Part shown: piece by piece, positions 38,598 to 53,317 of the stretch
Layout: each line of letters opens with the position of its first letter
Position numbering within the stretch: position 1 is the stretch's first letter
Origin: Lytechinus pictus
Lineage: Eukaryota
DNA length: 64,000 bases
Assembly (NCBI RefSeq): GCF_037042905.1
Contig: NC_087251.1
Location: 45,138,001-45,202,000, forward strand
Reading direction: 5' to 3'
Position numbers and translations under genes: made by a program
The notes under the pieces: generated by a model
Databases searched by the model: none
What the model saw: the letters and a program-made list of their open reading frames with translations, nothing else
Told to the model about the DNA's origin: nothing

Positions 38598-39240
38598 TGA
38601 ATGAATGAATGAATGAATTTATTTATTAACCAATGCAATGATAATAACAATTTACAAGTTTACAGCCAATTAGTTATGAATACATAGAAAAGCAAGGATA
38701 ATAGGAACCAGAAAATAGCATGAATGCTAGTCAAGTCTGGCCCCTTCTAGTTTAGGCAGATAGAAATATGTTTTTTAACTTGTTAGTTAAGAATAAACAA
38801 TCGTGAGTTTACTAAATATACTCTGTAATATATTTATAAACAATGCCTACATAACAATTAAACAAAAAATAACAGTATTTAAATATGGAAGATATATAAA
38901 TGATAACAAAAATACCGTATAGATGATAACACAAAATTATTTTTCCAACAGATGTTCAACAACAGCTTTACGAAAACTTGACCTTGATGGTTTCTTTCTG
39001 ATTATGATAGGTAGCTCATTCCAAGAAGTTGTGCTTACATAAGATAAACTCCTTTCCCAAGCTTTTCAATCAATATTCGCAGTAGAACAAAATTGCAATT
39101 AGATTTCAAAAGGGTGTTTATTTTTTCTGAAAAGTTTATAGCAATCAATTTCCTCATAATTTTATGTCCATGTTTGAAGTACCTTAAAGGTTTCAAAATA
39201 ATATAGGACAAAGAAAGATTCTGAATTTTACAAAAGTGTA
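38598..39240 (-). mobile_element. Degenerate LINE 3' end
   Basis: The minus strand encodes KAWERSLSYVSTTSWNELPIIIRKKPSRSSFRKAVVEHLLE (~38945-39065), a LINE ORF2 C-terminal motif. It ends in AATAAA plus a (TTCA)n tail at ~38598-38625. Confidence 0.65.
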
Positions 39241-40029
39241 TTATTACCCACAGATACCCCTCGCCTGTCATACCTGTGATGTGAGTCTGTTACCTTGTAA
39301 ATGACAAACGGCTTCTCTGTGAGGAGGATCGAAAAGGTATAGGAGCAAGAAGGGGATTAATAAAGTACATGAGAACTATTCCCCAATGATTAAAACAAGG
39401 TTCTCATCGTACTATAATGAGGTACTATTTATCATAGCAATCGTTGTCATGGAGCAGTGATATCATGTCCTTAAAAATCATAATGTATTGGATTTAAACA
39501 ATGATAATTCAATTTCAATAACTTCACATTATATACGTTGACATTTACGTAATGAAATTGGCGTAAAAAATAGGGGGCACAAAACGAGGTATAGGGAAAA
39601 GGTCTAAAAAGTAGCGAACGAGCAAAAAAGTTGACGGTTTAATTGAAACTATAATTTCATAAAAATAGTCAGAAAATAATATCATATTTCACACTTATTT
39701 ATTTTCTCCTTATTTTTTCTTGGTGGTGGGATTTTTTTTGTGAAGGGAGTGGTACTCTAGTTCATCAGCCCCCTCCCTTCTACGCCAGTGGAGTATTCGT
39801 TGGTACGGTAAGGAGAATAGATTCACACAATTTAGATTCACAAGTTAATGATAGTATATCTCCAATTGTATCATGGTCAGACGACGGAAGAAATTGAGAG
39901 AAACTCAGAAAAAAGATGACCCCGCCCACTCCCATCCATCAAATAAGGAATTCAGTGAATGGCTTCAAGCAGATATATATTTGATAATATTTCTGTAATG
40001 ATATCGGTAATGATAAGTTCATGAATGAT

Positions 40030-40036
40030 TATTATC

Positions 40037-40068
<32 letters not shown>

Positions 40069-40110
40069 CGTCGTCGTCATCATCATCATTACCATCATCA
40101 TCATCATCAT
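40030..40110 (+). repeat. (CAT)n microsatellite
   Basis: Direct inspection; a (TAT/CAT)n tract also lies at 41097-41148. Confidence 0.9.
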
Positions 40111-41574
40111 CTAACATGAATATGTCGAAAGAAAGACTTGAGCAGCATGTGTATGACCATGATGACTGAAAATTATTTTAGACACCTAGGTGCCGACAGA
40201 GAACTCTATAATGATCATGATAATGTGCGAAAATTATCACTCAACCGTTATTGTCTCGTCAGTCTCAAGTTGTCTACCATTTTCTCTTATCCTCATACTG
40301 TATGTAAACTTCTAACACTTTGATATAAGTATATATTCCCTACAAAGTATCAAAAGTTTATATCAGCCCTGATGTTGTCAGGTCAGATATTTTGTGCAGT
40401 TATAATTCATAATTTATTTCATTCCGGTAACTGCCCATGCGTGGATAGAGGGGGGGGGGGGGCTAATTTATGTTCTTTAAATTATTATTATTGTTATTAT
40501 TATTATCATCATTATTATCATAATCGTCTTGTTTTTTTTGTTTTTTTTTTGGGGGGGGGGGTCCTCATCAAAGTTAGTTTAAGTTACAATGTCCCTGTGG
40601 GTGGTGAAACGTGTCTTGTTTAGTTATGTGCTTGTATTTTTTGTGGGGGTTGCTTTGTTTTTGTTTGTTTGTTTGTATTTGCTTGTTATTTTTTTCCCCC
40701 TCTCTCACTCTGGTAAATTATGGATCCACCCATGGTTCTGCCTCTGTTCACAAAAAGGAGCAATTGTTCGGCTGCCTGACGCCAGAAGTGAAAAAACCAA
40801 AGTAACTTACTGTTCTCAATAAAACAAAGTATCAATGTAATGCAGGATGTGGCGATGTCACCGATGCTAAAAATAGAATGGCAATTCAAAAGTAGTCCTA
40901 ATATGTTCCGGAAAATGTCACTGCAGTTAAGTTCAGAAAATGTCATATCTTGACGAGCCAAGTATATGACAGGATAATTATCCCATGCAACATAAGTAAT
41001 TTTCTTTTAGTTATGAAGACATCGATTTCAAGGGGTGGGGACTGTTGTCATCATGGTCAGTGCTATTGGATCCCACGATCTGACCATGAGGTCAAACATT
41101 ATTATTATCATTATTATCATTATTATTATCATTATCATTATTATTATTTGCTTTAATTTCAATCTCCATTTGAATAAGAAAATGATAACCAACATCATAC
41201 TACTTTTTTATATATTTTTATTAACTTTTTAGAATGATTCATTAAAATCCCAAAAGACTTAACCCCTTCACTACGATACCTATGTGTCACGTGTTCATAG
41301 CTCTTTGTCGATGTCATAAGTGACTATGAGCGGAAGTCAAATTAACAGGGGAACAGTGTTAATATGATTATATTTACGATTCCTTTGTTATCTAAAGCTA
41401 ACTGTTGAGAACGTATGGGTTAATACAAACTGAATCACTGGGCAAACAGCCAGCCAGAAGGGGCTCAGAACGCATTAGACCCATGGAGGATACCATAGCT
41501 CCGTGATTAGACCTTGTACAAGCAATATAAACTATCTGATTAGTGGGTAGAAAGTTTTTTCAATCACGCCCTGC

Positions 41575-41625
41575 TATATGCTTATTGGCCGACTACAGAG
41601 ATTTAGGAAGTCTCTATAAACACCA
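41575..41625 (+). promoter_or_regulatory. Candidate CCAAT/TATA promoter for the orphan coiled-coil gene
   Basis: Reverse CCAAT (ATTGG ~41584) followed about 30 bp later by CTATAAA (~41613). Confidence 0.25.
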
Positions 41626-42298
41626 TGAAAAAATGATTTCTGACCAGATCAGAGCGGATTGTTGATTCAGAAAGACTGGGATACCCGAGTTGAAATTAGT
41701 TTTACTGCAGTGCCTTGCAGAACTTGCTTCTCGCTGGGATATCGTATTCGTTTAAATGATTTAAAGAAGAGAAGAAATATTAGCCTCAGTCTTAGTAATC
41801 AAATTACTTTGATTTCATCAAATTATGCGACTGATCGTTTTTATTGAAAGATACTCAACTCGACAAAGGCCTACATCAAACTTCGAGATGTATTTCATGT
41901 TGGGTTGAATCCTAATACAAAGTTTACCTCCATTGATCTATCTGCGTGGAAATTGGCTGTTATTTATTGCACATATCTCGCGAATCATTTTCTAAGAACA
42001 CTCTGTTGATTGAGGACCGTCAGAGAGTTTATTTTTATCATCGAATGTTCTTTCGCGATGTTTAGACATCACCTCCGCAGTTACATGGGTGAGCGAGATT
42101 AATTCCAACCGGACATCTCTATTTCGACCATTTCGACTCCATATATATCAAGACCCGGACGAACGTCATATTCGGCGTTCAATCTCTGACCTGTCATTGA
42201 CGGCTGTCAGATTCATTCCGCTCGGCACCTATACCTGATTTTTAGGAGAGCAACGCGTTCACCCAAAACAAGCAAAACGCGTTCACGTTTATAAGGCG

Positions 42299-42741
42299 AT
42301 GCTCGCAGAAACGACCTCGGTTCGCAGGAGAGAGAAACCGCCACAGTTCACAGTCGACCGCCGAGCCATGATCATCGAACGCACCATGCAGCAGCCCCCG
42401 CCGCCAGAGTACGCGACCTTCGTCGAGATGAAACACATGGCGGGAAAAGTGGCTGTTCTCCGGGAGAAAACCTGGGAGCTCTACACCAAACAGATGACCT
42501 TGGAGAAGAGTTTCACCACCACGGGAGATGGTTTCTCGCAGCTGAAGTCCCGAGTGAGTAGCTGCCACTCGGTGAGCGTCAAGCTTAAGAAAGAGAATTG
42601 TGGGATCGAACGTGAGGTGGGTGAACTACGCGGAGGGATGAGAAGTTTGGCAAAGAGAGCCGACACCCTCAACAAACGCCTGGATGAAATCGATCAACTT
42701 ATCCTGATCAGGAAGTCAAGGAATGGCGAAGATTTCAAGAG
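42299..42741 (+). CDS. Orphan coiled-coil protein with PPxY motif, exon 1
   Basis: 148-codon GC-rich ORF in an AT-rich context, with an ATG start, PPPPEY and a heptad-like C-terminal half. A strong donor AG|gtaagg lies at 42741/42742; unspliced, the ORF stops at 42745. Confidence 0.7.
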
Positions 42742-43350
42742 GTAAGGTTTTTAATATTCATCGATATTTTTTTTTTTCGATTCTCGTCGTTTACAAACGT
42801 GACAACCATATTTGATTCCCATTTAAAAAATAATTTTATGCCGATCTACCTTTTGCCACTTTCACAGTTTTTCCCCCTCCAAATCCATGTATACCTGCAT
42901 ATTCCCCCCGATATTGTCTTAACATTGAAAATATTGGAAAGCACAGAACTTTCTCATGAACAATGTATTAATATTTTGTGGAGAGTTGAAACAGGAGGGG
43001 TCACCACTCTACGAAATATAATTTCCATTGTTTACTTAATTTACAAGATCATTATTGATTTAAGCATACTCGGTTTGTAGGATAAAACAATCACTGTCTA
43101 AAAAAAAATCAACAATGGCGTGGTTGCCAAATAACAATAAAACACCAACGTATATAAATATATATCATATTACTCACCATCCTTGCTGATTTCAATATAT
43201 ACAGATTTATTTTTAGTACCTTGCTTTCAAAAGAATCTTGGCTCAACATCTAGTATTTCTTAATCATCTTGTTGTTCAGTATTGTTTTATAATTTTCATC
43301 CTCGGTTATTGTTTGATTGGTCAATGAAACGTGTGATTGTTCTTTGACAG

Positions 43351-43426
43351 ATTTGGACGGATTTTCCCGCCAACTGGACAGCGCCTGTCACTGAGGAGGA
43401 AAGTTGGCTCATTTTTAGCGACATAG
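43351..43426 (+). CDS. Candidate terminal coding exon of the orphan coiled-coil gene (RFGRIFPPTGQRLSLRRKVGSFLAT*)
   Basis: Acceptor ttctttgacag| at 43350; a phase-2 join to exon 1 gives 24 further codons then TAG. Confidence 0.4.
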
Positions 43427-46400
43427 ACAAGAAGAACTTTAGAAAGGACTTTCGTCATCAAGACTACATCTTGGTAATTTATATCGTTGAGACAAATAGG
43501 ATTGTGGTGTGCAGACATTCAAATTTGAAACGACCAGTGATCTTATTCAAGGTAGGCTGGAAGAAAAGTACACAATCATTTAGACGGATGTTCGATTATC
43601 TGTTGGCCAGAATCGACTGACTGGACACGCTTGATGCTGTTTCTATGGCAACACGTCAGTTTTAATCTCGCACCATCAAAGAGTTTTCGACCAGAATCTG
43701 TTTAATAAGTGAGCAGAGCATTTTCCGGCAAGAAAAGGAGGTCCACAGCTTTTTGTTCTTCGAAAGTTATATATTCTTATTTTGTACAATCTAAAGAATA
43801 TTGTGGTGATGGTTACTTATTGATAACTATTCAATTGTATAATAGACAATAATTTTGCATGCAATTAATACTTACATCACAAAAAGTCTTTCGATATGTG
43901 GTTTGGGCATTGACCTATCGAGAATTTCAAAGATAAAGAGCAACACTCTTCTTTGTAATTTGTTTGATTGTATATAATTATGACAAGAATCACTTAACAA
44001 TATTTTATAATTATTTGAAGTTGTCGCGATGTAATCGCAATAAGAGTGTTTTGAAATTGATTTAAATATGCTGAAATGAACCTTTGAAAATAAAGTGAAG
44101 AACGCCCTCCAAAGTAACCATAGTAACATAACGTTGGCACACGATTGGAATTGATAGTTGATTTTATGATTCACCTTTGGTCTTAAGTGTAGTTTAAACC
44201 TCGTTGATTTTTCAAGACATCAAAAAACGTGATACAGGATTTCTTTGCGTGCATTTAGGTTAATGTTAAACCTCGATTTGTTAAAAAGAACAATAATTAC
44301 GATTACACCACGTTGTATTATCCGCAGTAATTTATCAGGGCAATATCTCCCTCCCTGTTTAAGAATGAGACAGAAAGTCCGCATCAAGATTTCTTTTTTA
44401 CAACAAAGGTAAAAATGTAACTAGGAAAACATTACTCTACAGTTAAGTTCCGTTTGGTCAAGCCATTCGAATTTGTTTTACATTGATTGATATTCATTCA
44501 GTTCATGATGTCATTTAGGTCATATTTAAAAGAACATAAAAAATGTCAAATCTATCTAACACAATGTAGAAGAATTCATGATAACTTTATCTAAGTTGTT
44601 TGTAACGTACGTGATATAGGTTCTTTCAAGGTCGACGATCTCTGGGCCCTACGGGTTCGATCTAGGGGTGCCTATGACGTCATGGAGTTGCCAGGCAAAA
44701 ATTTTCTCGAGTAAAATCAACTTCACACAAGAGTTGAACCGAACGTCTCTTCTCCTCTTCAGGAAAATAAATCGAATCAATTGAAAAGAGGAAATTGTGT
44801 TACGGATTACGACTACAAATAGCTGCGCCGTGTTGAAAAGTGGTTTATAGTTTGCATGTACAGAGGTGATAAAGTCAGATTAGCCTGTTTTAATCCTGTG
44901 GATCTGAATAAAATACTCTGAAATATAATATGGAGCTGCTGGGTATTGATAAAATTTCTGTTAATTACCACCTTGCTCAGAAAATTGTTTAAGAGCTGTT
45001 CATAGTACGACATTATTGACATGATTGATAGAGGTTTTTCTGAAACCCTTTCCGCATGGAGTGACTTGTACGTAAAGAAGCATTGACATTAAATATTAGT
45101 TATTCCTTAGTTTGTTTGTCTCATGAAATAATGTGCTTGGATTCCATGGAAATATGATAGTTTACTACTCTCTCTGTCGAAAATTATGTTGTTATTTTTT
45201 TTAAATCATCGTATAGCTAATTAGCTGTCTGTATGCCTATACATTATTTTGTTTCTACCCGTATTCTATTGTATTTTGTAAAGTGCACAGGTGTATTTAG
45301 CGATTATGTCTGTTTAATTTTAATTTGTAAACTCTTCAACAGACGTGCCAAAATTCAAACTGAAATTCTATGTATGCACTAATATAGAATGCACATTATA
45401 GCAAATGACGTCGAATTCGTACTGAGCTATATAAAAAGGGAAGGGGTATTGCGACTAACTATAGGTAAAAGAGTGATTTTGACAGCAACGAAACTTCGTC
45501 AAAACTCTTGTGCCTGTTACAGTGAGTAATTTTTGTGGCATTGTTGCCATGGTTTCCTAATGATCTGTCATTAGCAGTTGTATTCTATTCCTGTCTTTGT
45601 TCTAACCTGACATCTTCTTGTTGGATTTAATCTTGTCCAGGTTAAAACTTAGTAAGATATTTGTCACTTGATATAAAGTTTTGTGTCTGTTCTTATTGAA
45701 ATTGAATAAAATTTGTTTAGTGTTTCTGTTTCGAACAGGATGGTCCAAGCTAGGTATGAAAATGTGAAACACATGTTCTTTCCTTATGTTCAATTATTCT
45801 TCCGACATTTTTTAGGAATCTAGGGGCTAAAAGGAAATGTGGTTATGCTGATTTTAATCAACCAATCCCCAGAGGTCCTTGCTATTCTCCCCTCCCTGGG
45901 CAAATGTTTTTATTATTTTAATGACAGATTCCTGTTTCTTCATCTTCTCTTTGTCTGTATCTTTTTAAGTATCATTTTTTTGGGTGTGGTTCTCTTGCCA
46001 TAATGAGAGTGTTTCTTCCACGCATTTCCAGTTTCAGTTTCAGGTTTGTATTTTTTAAAACTTTATTATTGATCAGATTATCCAATTTATGAATACTTGA
46101 ATACGACTGTGTATAATACGATAGTGAGTATATCATAAAATTGTAAAAATAAGAAAAAATCATAATGCATTATATCAAAATGGTTTGTTTCAAAGACGAT
46201 ATCAAAATGGGGTCCGTGTAACTTGAGACGCAAATTAGTTTAAAAATTAAGGGAAGATGTCCGAGTCCATGACAAACAATAAAAAAGATTTATATGAAAT
46301 TTAATATTAATTATACCGTACATCTTTATTTTTCGTGTTTCCAGAGTTTGTAGAGATACGAATTCTTATAGGGATAAACGGTACCATCTACCACTTCACG

Positions 46401-47301
46401 CTCTTGCACTCGGCTAGGAATATAATATTACCTTTTTTCTGACAGTTGCGTTCCCGATCTTTTTACGCAACCGGAAAATGAAATCATAATCTTAATGACT
46501 GGGTTGAAGTACGAAGTAGGGCACATCTAAAATTAGGTCAACACTTTTCACTTGGCAAGCATCGATCTGGAATTAAATGAAATACGGTGACGAGGCTGAA
46601 ATACTCTGATAGTATGAAATACGATGGTTTATAATGATTATGAGATAATACACCACCGGATCCAGATGCTATATTAGGCGTATTAATAGTAGAAATATCG
46701 AGAGGGCATTTTACAGGAAATAATATATTTAAACATTTAATTTAAATGATGAAGTACTAAATGTCTTGTGGTCATTATGTTGCACGCTTTTCTGACTGAA
46801 CCGAAATTCTTTTTGACAAAATGGTGCAATCGTATATGTGAAGAATATACATGATGATGAGGAAAATGCTTGTATATAGTGTGCAATTGAAATAAAATAT
46901 GATATTGTAGAGTAAATCGTTTCCTTCTGTGACATATTTATTAAAAAATTAGTTGATTTTGGTACAAATAGATATAGATTTGTTCGTGTATAAAAGTTCG
47001 TGTCTGGGGAAGAATTTCATTATAAAAATTGCGATTTTCACCAAGAACTGGCTAATGAAGCCCCTGCCTTGCTTCTGATTGGCTCAGAAAAAAATATCAG
47101 TAAAAGTCGATCACTTTTTGTTTCATGTGCACTCCACCGGTCTGGGAGATAAATACGCAGAATAAAAACTGGGTTTCAGATATAGTAAAAAAAAATAGTG
47201 TATAATATAAAAAATCACAGAGCACTATTATAGTCTCGATGTAAGACTGAGTCATGCATTTTACTTGATACGAATAATAACTTTAAAATTCTGTAATCAG
47301 T

Positions 47302-47617
47302 GGTCCGTATTCTGAAGTCGGGTTTAACTTAACCTCTGGTTTAAAGTTGTGGTTTAAGTATGGGAAGCCAAAAGTATCAAAATTATTTATTAAGTTGTAC
47401 GTTTCTTATATATGTTTACTGTGCTCTTTCCTGATTCATCGATGGTGAAGACAATAATCTGTTTATACTTCTTAGACAATTATGAATGATTTGTGAGCCA
47501 AATGAGCTGAAGTATGATATCTCTACTGTTAGTGATTCATGTAACAATTGGCTCTCCATACTTAAACCACAACTTTAAACCTGAGTTTAAGTTAAACCTG
47601 ACTTCAGAATACGGGCC
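47302..47617. mobile_element. Harbinger-like MITE (GGCCCGTATTCTGAAGTC TIR), AGT flanks
   Basis: TIRs of ~30 bp; AGT on both sides; a second copy lies at 61879-62189. Confidence 0.85.
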
Positions 47618-49295
47618 AGTGAATTTTTCATTTAATGTAATTTTTCATCTCACTGTAACGTATCTCACGAATTCTATTTATATAGAGTGGGGCTGAAAGA
47701 CAGAGATGACGAGGAAAGGAGGTTGGAAAGTAGAAAGAAAGGGGAGAGAGAGAGACGGGAATGGAGGGATGGAGACGGGGAGAGAGATAAAAGGAAGGGA
47801 GAAAGTGATAAAGAGAGAGAGAGAGAGAGGGGGGGGGGGGTGAGGTTCGGTGTATCTTTGTTCACTACCAAAACTTTTGCGGGGCGCACAGCACGGCGAG
47901 TGCGGCAAAATTTCTTAAAAGTCCCGAGTGAGTGAATCGAGTGAGGAAAAATTTGACCTTTATAAAGTGAAAATTTAATTTTGTGATAGATTTTGACATG
48001 ACAAATAACATCATATCTTGCCCTTTTCCTTTTCTTACTTTTTTTCTTCCCTTTCTTGGTCTTGGAACCTATTGAGGGGGCATCCCCCCCCCCCAAGCCC
48101 CCATATGTCATAGTGTTTGTTGGTTATGATAGCGACAGCTCTTTTCGTCGTGATCACTGGAATATATTCTCAGAAGTCTAATTCGTTGAATTTTTTTTAT
48201 TTTGTGAATGTAGGAACTGTTATAAAGTCTATATTGCAATTATCGATTTGTGATGGAAAGGTAAGAAAATCGAAAGAAAACCCAATATTTTTCTTACCAT
48301 TCCCTCTATGACCCCCCAACCAGCTTGAATTATATATATATATATATATAGATCGAATGCCTGAATTTAGTTTCTATACATTTATTTATATCAGTAGGAA
48401 GTATAATTTGACCAAACACTAATCAATTCAAGGCTTTTAACGTCAAGAAATTTGAGAAGTTTGACGTGTGTCTAGAAGGTCAACATTAAATCAGATACAA
48501 GGAAAAAGGGAAGGAAAAATGTTGGAGACGGGACTTCCATGTATATTTTCTTTAAAAATGACCTAATAATAATCATAAAAAGTCATTGCGATGGTAAAGG
48601 TCAACTTCTCCCAGCAAAATGTTGATTTGAATAAATAGATGATGGATTTTATTTTTAGTTATTCCAATTCTCATTTTAATTCCATGCAAAGAGGTCATGA
48701 TTAGCAAGGATTAGTAAACGTAAAATGGGAAGGGGGGTCCTGCATTTTTTTCAGCGTTCTTGGAGTTATATGACATGGCATGATCTAAGTTATAAGATGC
48801 AATCACCTTGAACATGCGGAAGCTGAGTATCCGCCATGTATGTTTCAAAAATAAGGGGAAAAAAGTCAAAGCATCCCCCAGAAAAACAAGACAAACTAGA
48901 GACTATTCTCTCCTCTCCCTCCCATCCTACCCCCCCCCCCCCCTTTCTCTGCTCCATGCTCGGCTGTGCTATGATCATAGAGGTGAATTTATCCATCAGC
49001 TCTATGGCTATCCGTTCTGATTGCATCTTTGATAGCTCGCAGCTACATTGAACATGTTTAATTTGGTCAAACTATTTTTAATCAATCCACCCCCCTGTAA
49101 TTTTCTTCTGTGCATAAACCCCCAAAATTGAATCTTTCCTTTAACATATTGGACCAACCATACCTGGGTTCAAGGTTCTTTTATACCGTGAATGACAGGG
49201 GACAGAGGAGAGGGTAAGAAGGGGGTATGATACCGAAGTAGGAGAAGAAAAAGACAGGTGCATGATGATCTCCAATGAGGTTATACAGGTAAAGA

Positions 49296-49715
49296 AAGGC
49301 CACTGCACACCTAACGGCTGGTCCACGATCCGATCTTTGAACAAATCGCATTTAGCCCATTTTCTGAAAATGTGAATGAGAAGTATATTTTTTTTATTTG
49401 AGGTTCAAATTAACTGTAGGAATACTAATTAACAACTCTGTATGATTACAAGACTATATTTTGGAGTAAAGGCCAAATTAGATTCAAGCCGTAGCCAATT
49501 TTACAAATGCTGTGACGTCAATACGACTAGATATTAAATTCGCTTTTATTATAGTAAGGATGAGAGCATAGTCACAGATTTGAACATAGGTATTCTTACG
49601 ATGATTTAGAACATTATACAGTAAGATATTCTATGTCTCAATATTCGCATTAAATTCTACTACTTTGTATTCCAAAATCGGGTCGCAGACCAATCGTAAG
49701 ACGTGCCATGGACTT
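49296..49715. mobile_element. Degenerate MITE (aggccactgcacacctaacggctggtc...gaccaatcgtaagacgtgccatggact)
   Basis: Imperfect terminal inverted repeats. Confidence 0.45.
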
Positions 49716-52700
49716 AAGAGATTGATTATGCGCGCTAAATTAATTATGAAGGGATTGATCGTAATCATTCCTTTATTTAAAAAAAGCAGTGTACAAATGA
49801 AAAAAAAGTATTAAAAAATAAATATAAGTAAAAACCAGGTCCATGAACCTAACTGGTTAAAGGCCGGTTGAAATGGACATAAAAAGCGATTTTACAAAAT
49901 AAAAAACCAACATTTAACAGTGATTGCAAAAGAAGGCAATCATACTATAAAATTAAAAGAAGCGAGTTTACGGGGGGGGGGGGGGGGGGGGCTTGTTTTT
50001 TTTTCTGAACATGTAACGTAACAGTGTACTTTAACAATTAAAATTAATTGTATGAATGTGCAAAATCACAACATTCGTGAACTATACAGTATATGTCCTT
50101 TGCGGGATTATTTCATCTTCTGATAAAATCTGAATACGAGTTCGATATACTTTGATTAGATTCCCTTGATAAATAGTTTTTGTTGTATTTTCAATTTCTT
50201 TACCATAAATGCTATCATAATAATAATTGTTGAAAGTAGGAAAAAGGTTTCACAAAGAAAATTAATTTTTTAATATTACTAAATCTGTATTTAGATTCCA
50301 TTTTTTATCGTATGGACCTACAAGTAACATCGACACTTTAGTAATCTTGATCATAGTTTCAAACGTCTTTAAAAGAGGGGGGGGGGGTATAATCATGGAC
50401 CTGGTATAGTAGTGCAAAGGGCAAATACTGGAGAGAAAAGTCAATTTCATGTCAAATTGTAATTAGTGTATAAACGGCCTCAAATTAAAATTCCCAAGGC
50501 TCAACCGATGAAGAAGATTAGTTAGTGATCATCATTCACTTAAACCGTCCATTATTCCAGCAGATAAGCAAATAATGTCGTGTCACCCAGAAGGCACAAT
50601 ACTGTACATCTGATTACTACATCATGAGCTCTCTGGGAGCTGTTGCCAAGTTTGAACAGCGCCACCTCTAATTTTACTTTGGACATTTGCAACATGCAAA
50701 TATTATTTTCTTTGCATGTTCACCCTACAAATATTCCCCATTCTCTCTTGACTTTCAACCGAGCACCCTTTTTACATCTATTCCCTTCCACAATTTTTTC
50801 TCTCTCTCCTTTTTTATCTTTCTCTTTATATCACCCTCCCTCTATCTCTCATTGCACACATATTGAAAAGGGAGGCACCAATCAATCAGTCACAAAGTAA
50901 CTACTGAAAATAAAGAGTGACTTAAGAAAATAACAAGAAATCCAGAAAAAAAAAATTAATGTTTCTTCATTTTTTATTTCTCCAGGTTCCTGGTTGGGTT
51001 GGTCGAGTTAACCACATCAGAATTTACAGAAAATTGCACCTTACCAAAAATAATAATCAGCATATTACAACGTACTTGTATACAGCCTTATCTCTTGTAC
51101 TTTACACTATACAAACTTACATAACTTAATTTCCATTTACACTATGTACCCTCGTATCATATATACTTACATCCTTATCAATACATATTTACATACTTTG
51201 GCCTTAATGTACAATAATAATCCTATCTTACAATAATGTTACATAACTTACTGACATAGATGCATTAATACTGCCTTACAAAATACTGCTTAAATGCTGA
51301 GTTGGTGGTATTGCAGATTAAAATAAAGGTCAAAGATAAGTCCCTCGGCTTGGGTGACTGTACGACTTAATCACCAAAACATAATCCCTAAAATGTCCAT
51401 GCTATCATAACAACAATGATAAAACATGTTTTGTACTCTAAGATAGTCACTCTATCAAAATAATTAGTTCACTTACCTTGATATATAAATATCGCAAGTC
51501 AGAGATGATCAGATATTTCATCACCTTGGTAGACAAGACTTGAATTTGCATTTTCTTCATTACATTTTGCCATTAATATGAATGGAAGGAAAATTCACAC
51601 TCCATAAGCAATCATAAATGCATAACAACCTGCAGCTTGACATGGCATTTCCTTGGATATTCAGTTTTAAAAACTTTTTAACATGATTTTGGAAGATAAC
51701 GCGATAATCACAAGTGATCAGATTTTGAGGTAGCGTTTTGTGTATTATCAATCTTTGTCGGTGGTATCGTATCAAGAGACAAATTTCAACAAATACACAA
51801 AGACTTCACTTGTTATCATAATTTTCTTGTCACATTCACAGGTAATAATCAGGATAAATCCTATATTTCATATCAAAATATAATAGAGTTGTTTCATTTT
51901 TCCCCCAATCCTAAGCCACTCCACATAAGGGTTTGGACATATATATTTCAAAAGAACTCAACCATAATTTCCAAAGTGGAGCCATAAACATTGCTGTAGT
52001 TATTTTTTATAACTTTATATCAAGATGGTATATATAACAAAATATCTCTGATACCTCGTTGCTGGTGTCTTACCCGTAATAGCACTTTAATTTCAATCTG
52101 CAAAATAATATCTGAACAAGATGCAATATACTAGTATAGCATCAAGGTTTTGGCAATAAATTTGGATATCTGATCTTACACTCAGCACTAAAGTAAATAA
52201 AATATATAATCCTTAAAAAATACTATCCTTATAATAAAACCTGCATATGAACTGAACTGTTTTCATTATACGTAAAATCCTAACTATTATAGAAAATACG
52301 ATAAAACTTCACAAACCTCTTGATAATTTTTACCACATAACCCCAATGCATAAAGGTTGATAATACAAATATTGCAATAACTTACTCTTACCCTGACTTA
52401 ACTGCTTCACAGCACATTACATAAAACTTACCATAAACTCTACACTTACTCACATTAATAATACTTAGTATAAAGATAAACACACCGAACCTAGATGTAT
52501 ACTTTGCGTTATAAATACTGATGAGGATCGAGTTTGGCACTTCAATTTTCTTTCTGTTTTTTAAAACAAGTTCAAATCCCCCAGCTGCAAAGCTTTGATG
52601 TCATCAACATCTATATTTGGTGTATTTTGCATAAATAGTACATTTTTAATTAAATACATACTCTACCAGCATTATATACTTCTACCTTGAAGACATGCTT

Positions 52701-52906
52701 TGTCTCTTATTATCCATTTGGCTACTTACAGAATTAAATAACCAACATGATACATGTGAATTAATCCATACGGCATCAGCAGAATGGAAAAGTCTAAAAA
52801 TCTGAAGAGTATTTTGAGAGATGCCCTTTGTAAACTCTCTAAATTCTCTTTTTTTTTAGTTTTCCTCCAATGTGAATCATTCATGCATTATAGATCACAT
52901 TTCAAA

Positions 52907-53317
52907 CAGGAAAGCATTTCACAAATATTTTTTTAAGACTAACTAACTTGTCATTTCATTGAAATCCTTGGATTTGATTGGCCGAGATTGACCAGATTCT
53001 GACTGTTACTATGGTAACTGTCAGAAATCGACACCTTGTTTGTGCTGACAAGTTTCATGAAATGGTGCTCAGGGAAGCATTTCATGAAACATAGTGACAG
53101 TCACTATCTCTTATAAGTCACTGAAATTCTTGCATCAGATTGGCTCAGAGCAAAACTTGTTTCATGAAATGGTGCTATGGGCTGCGTTTCATGATAGGTC
53201 TAGTCAGACATTTTATCCGACAGTTACTCTGGTAACAGTGCCTCTCAGCCAATCATAATCAAGGAAAGTTGTCAGACCTGACAACTTGTCAGATGAAAAT
53301 GTTGATGAAACGCTCAG
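52907..53317. mobile_element. Three stacked short MITEs with TTTCATGAAA-type TIRs
   Basis: Repeated gcatttca...tttcatgaaatggtgct units abut each other; the third unit matches the host element at 28655-28940. Confidence 0.55.

Noticed and set aside
50986..51124. Alternative last exon for the orphan coiled-coil gene
   Set aside because: It has a good acceptor and a compatible phase, but the peptide is unremarkable and a nearer acceptor exists at 43350. It cannot be supported without RNA data.
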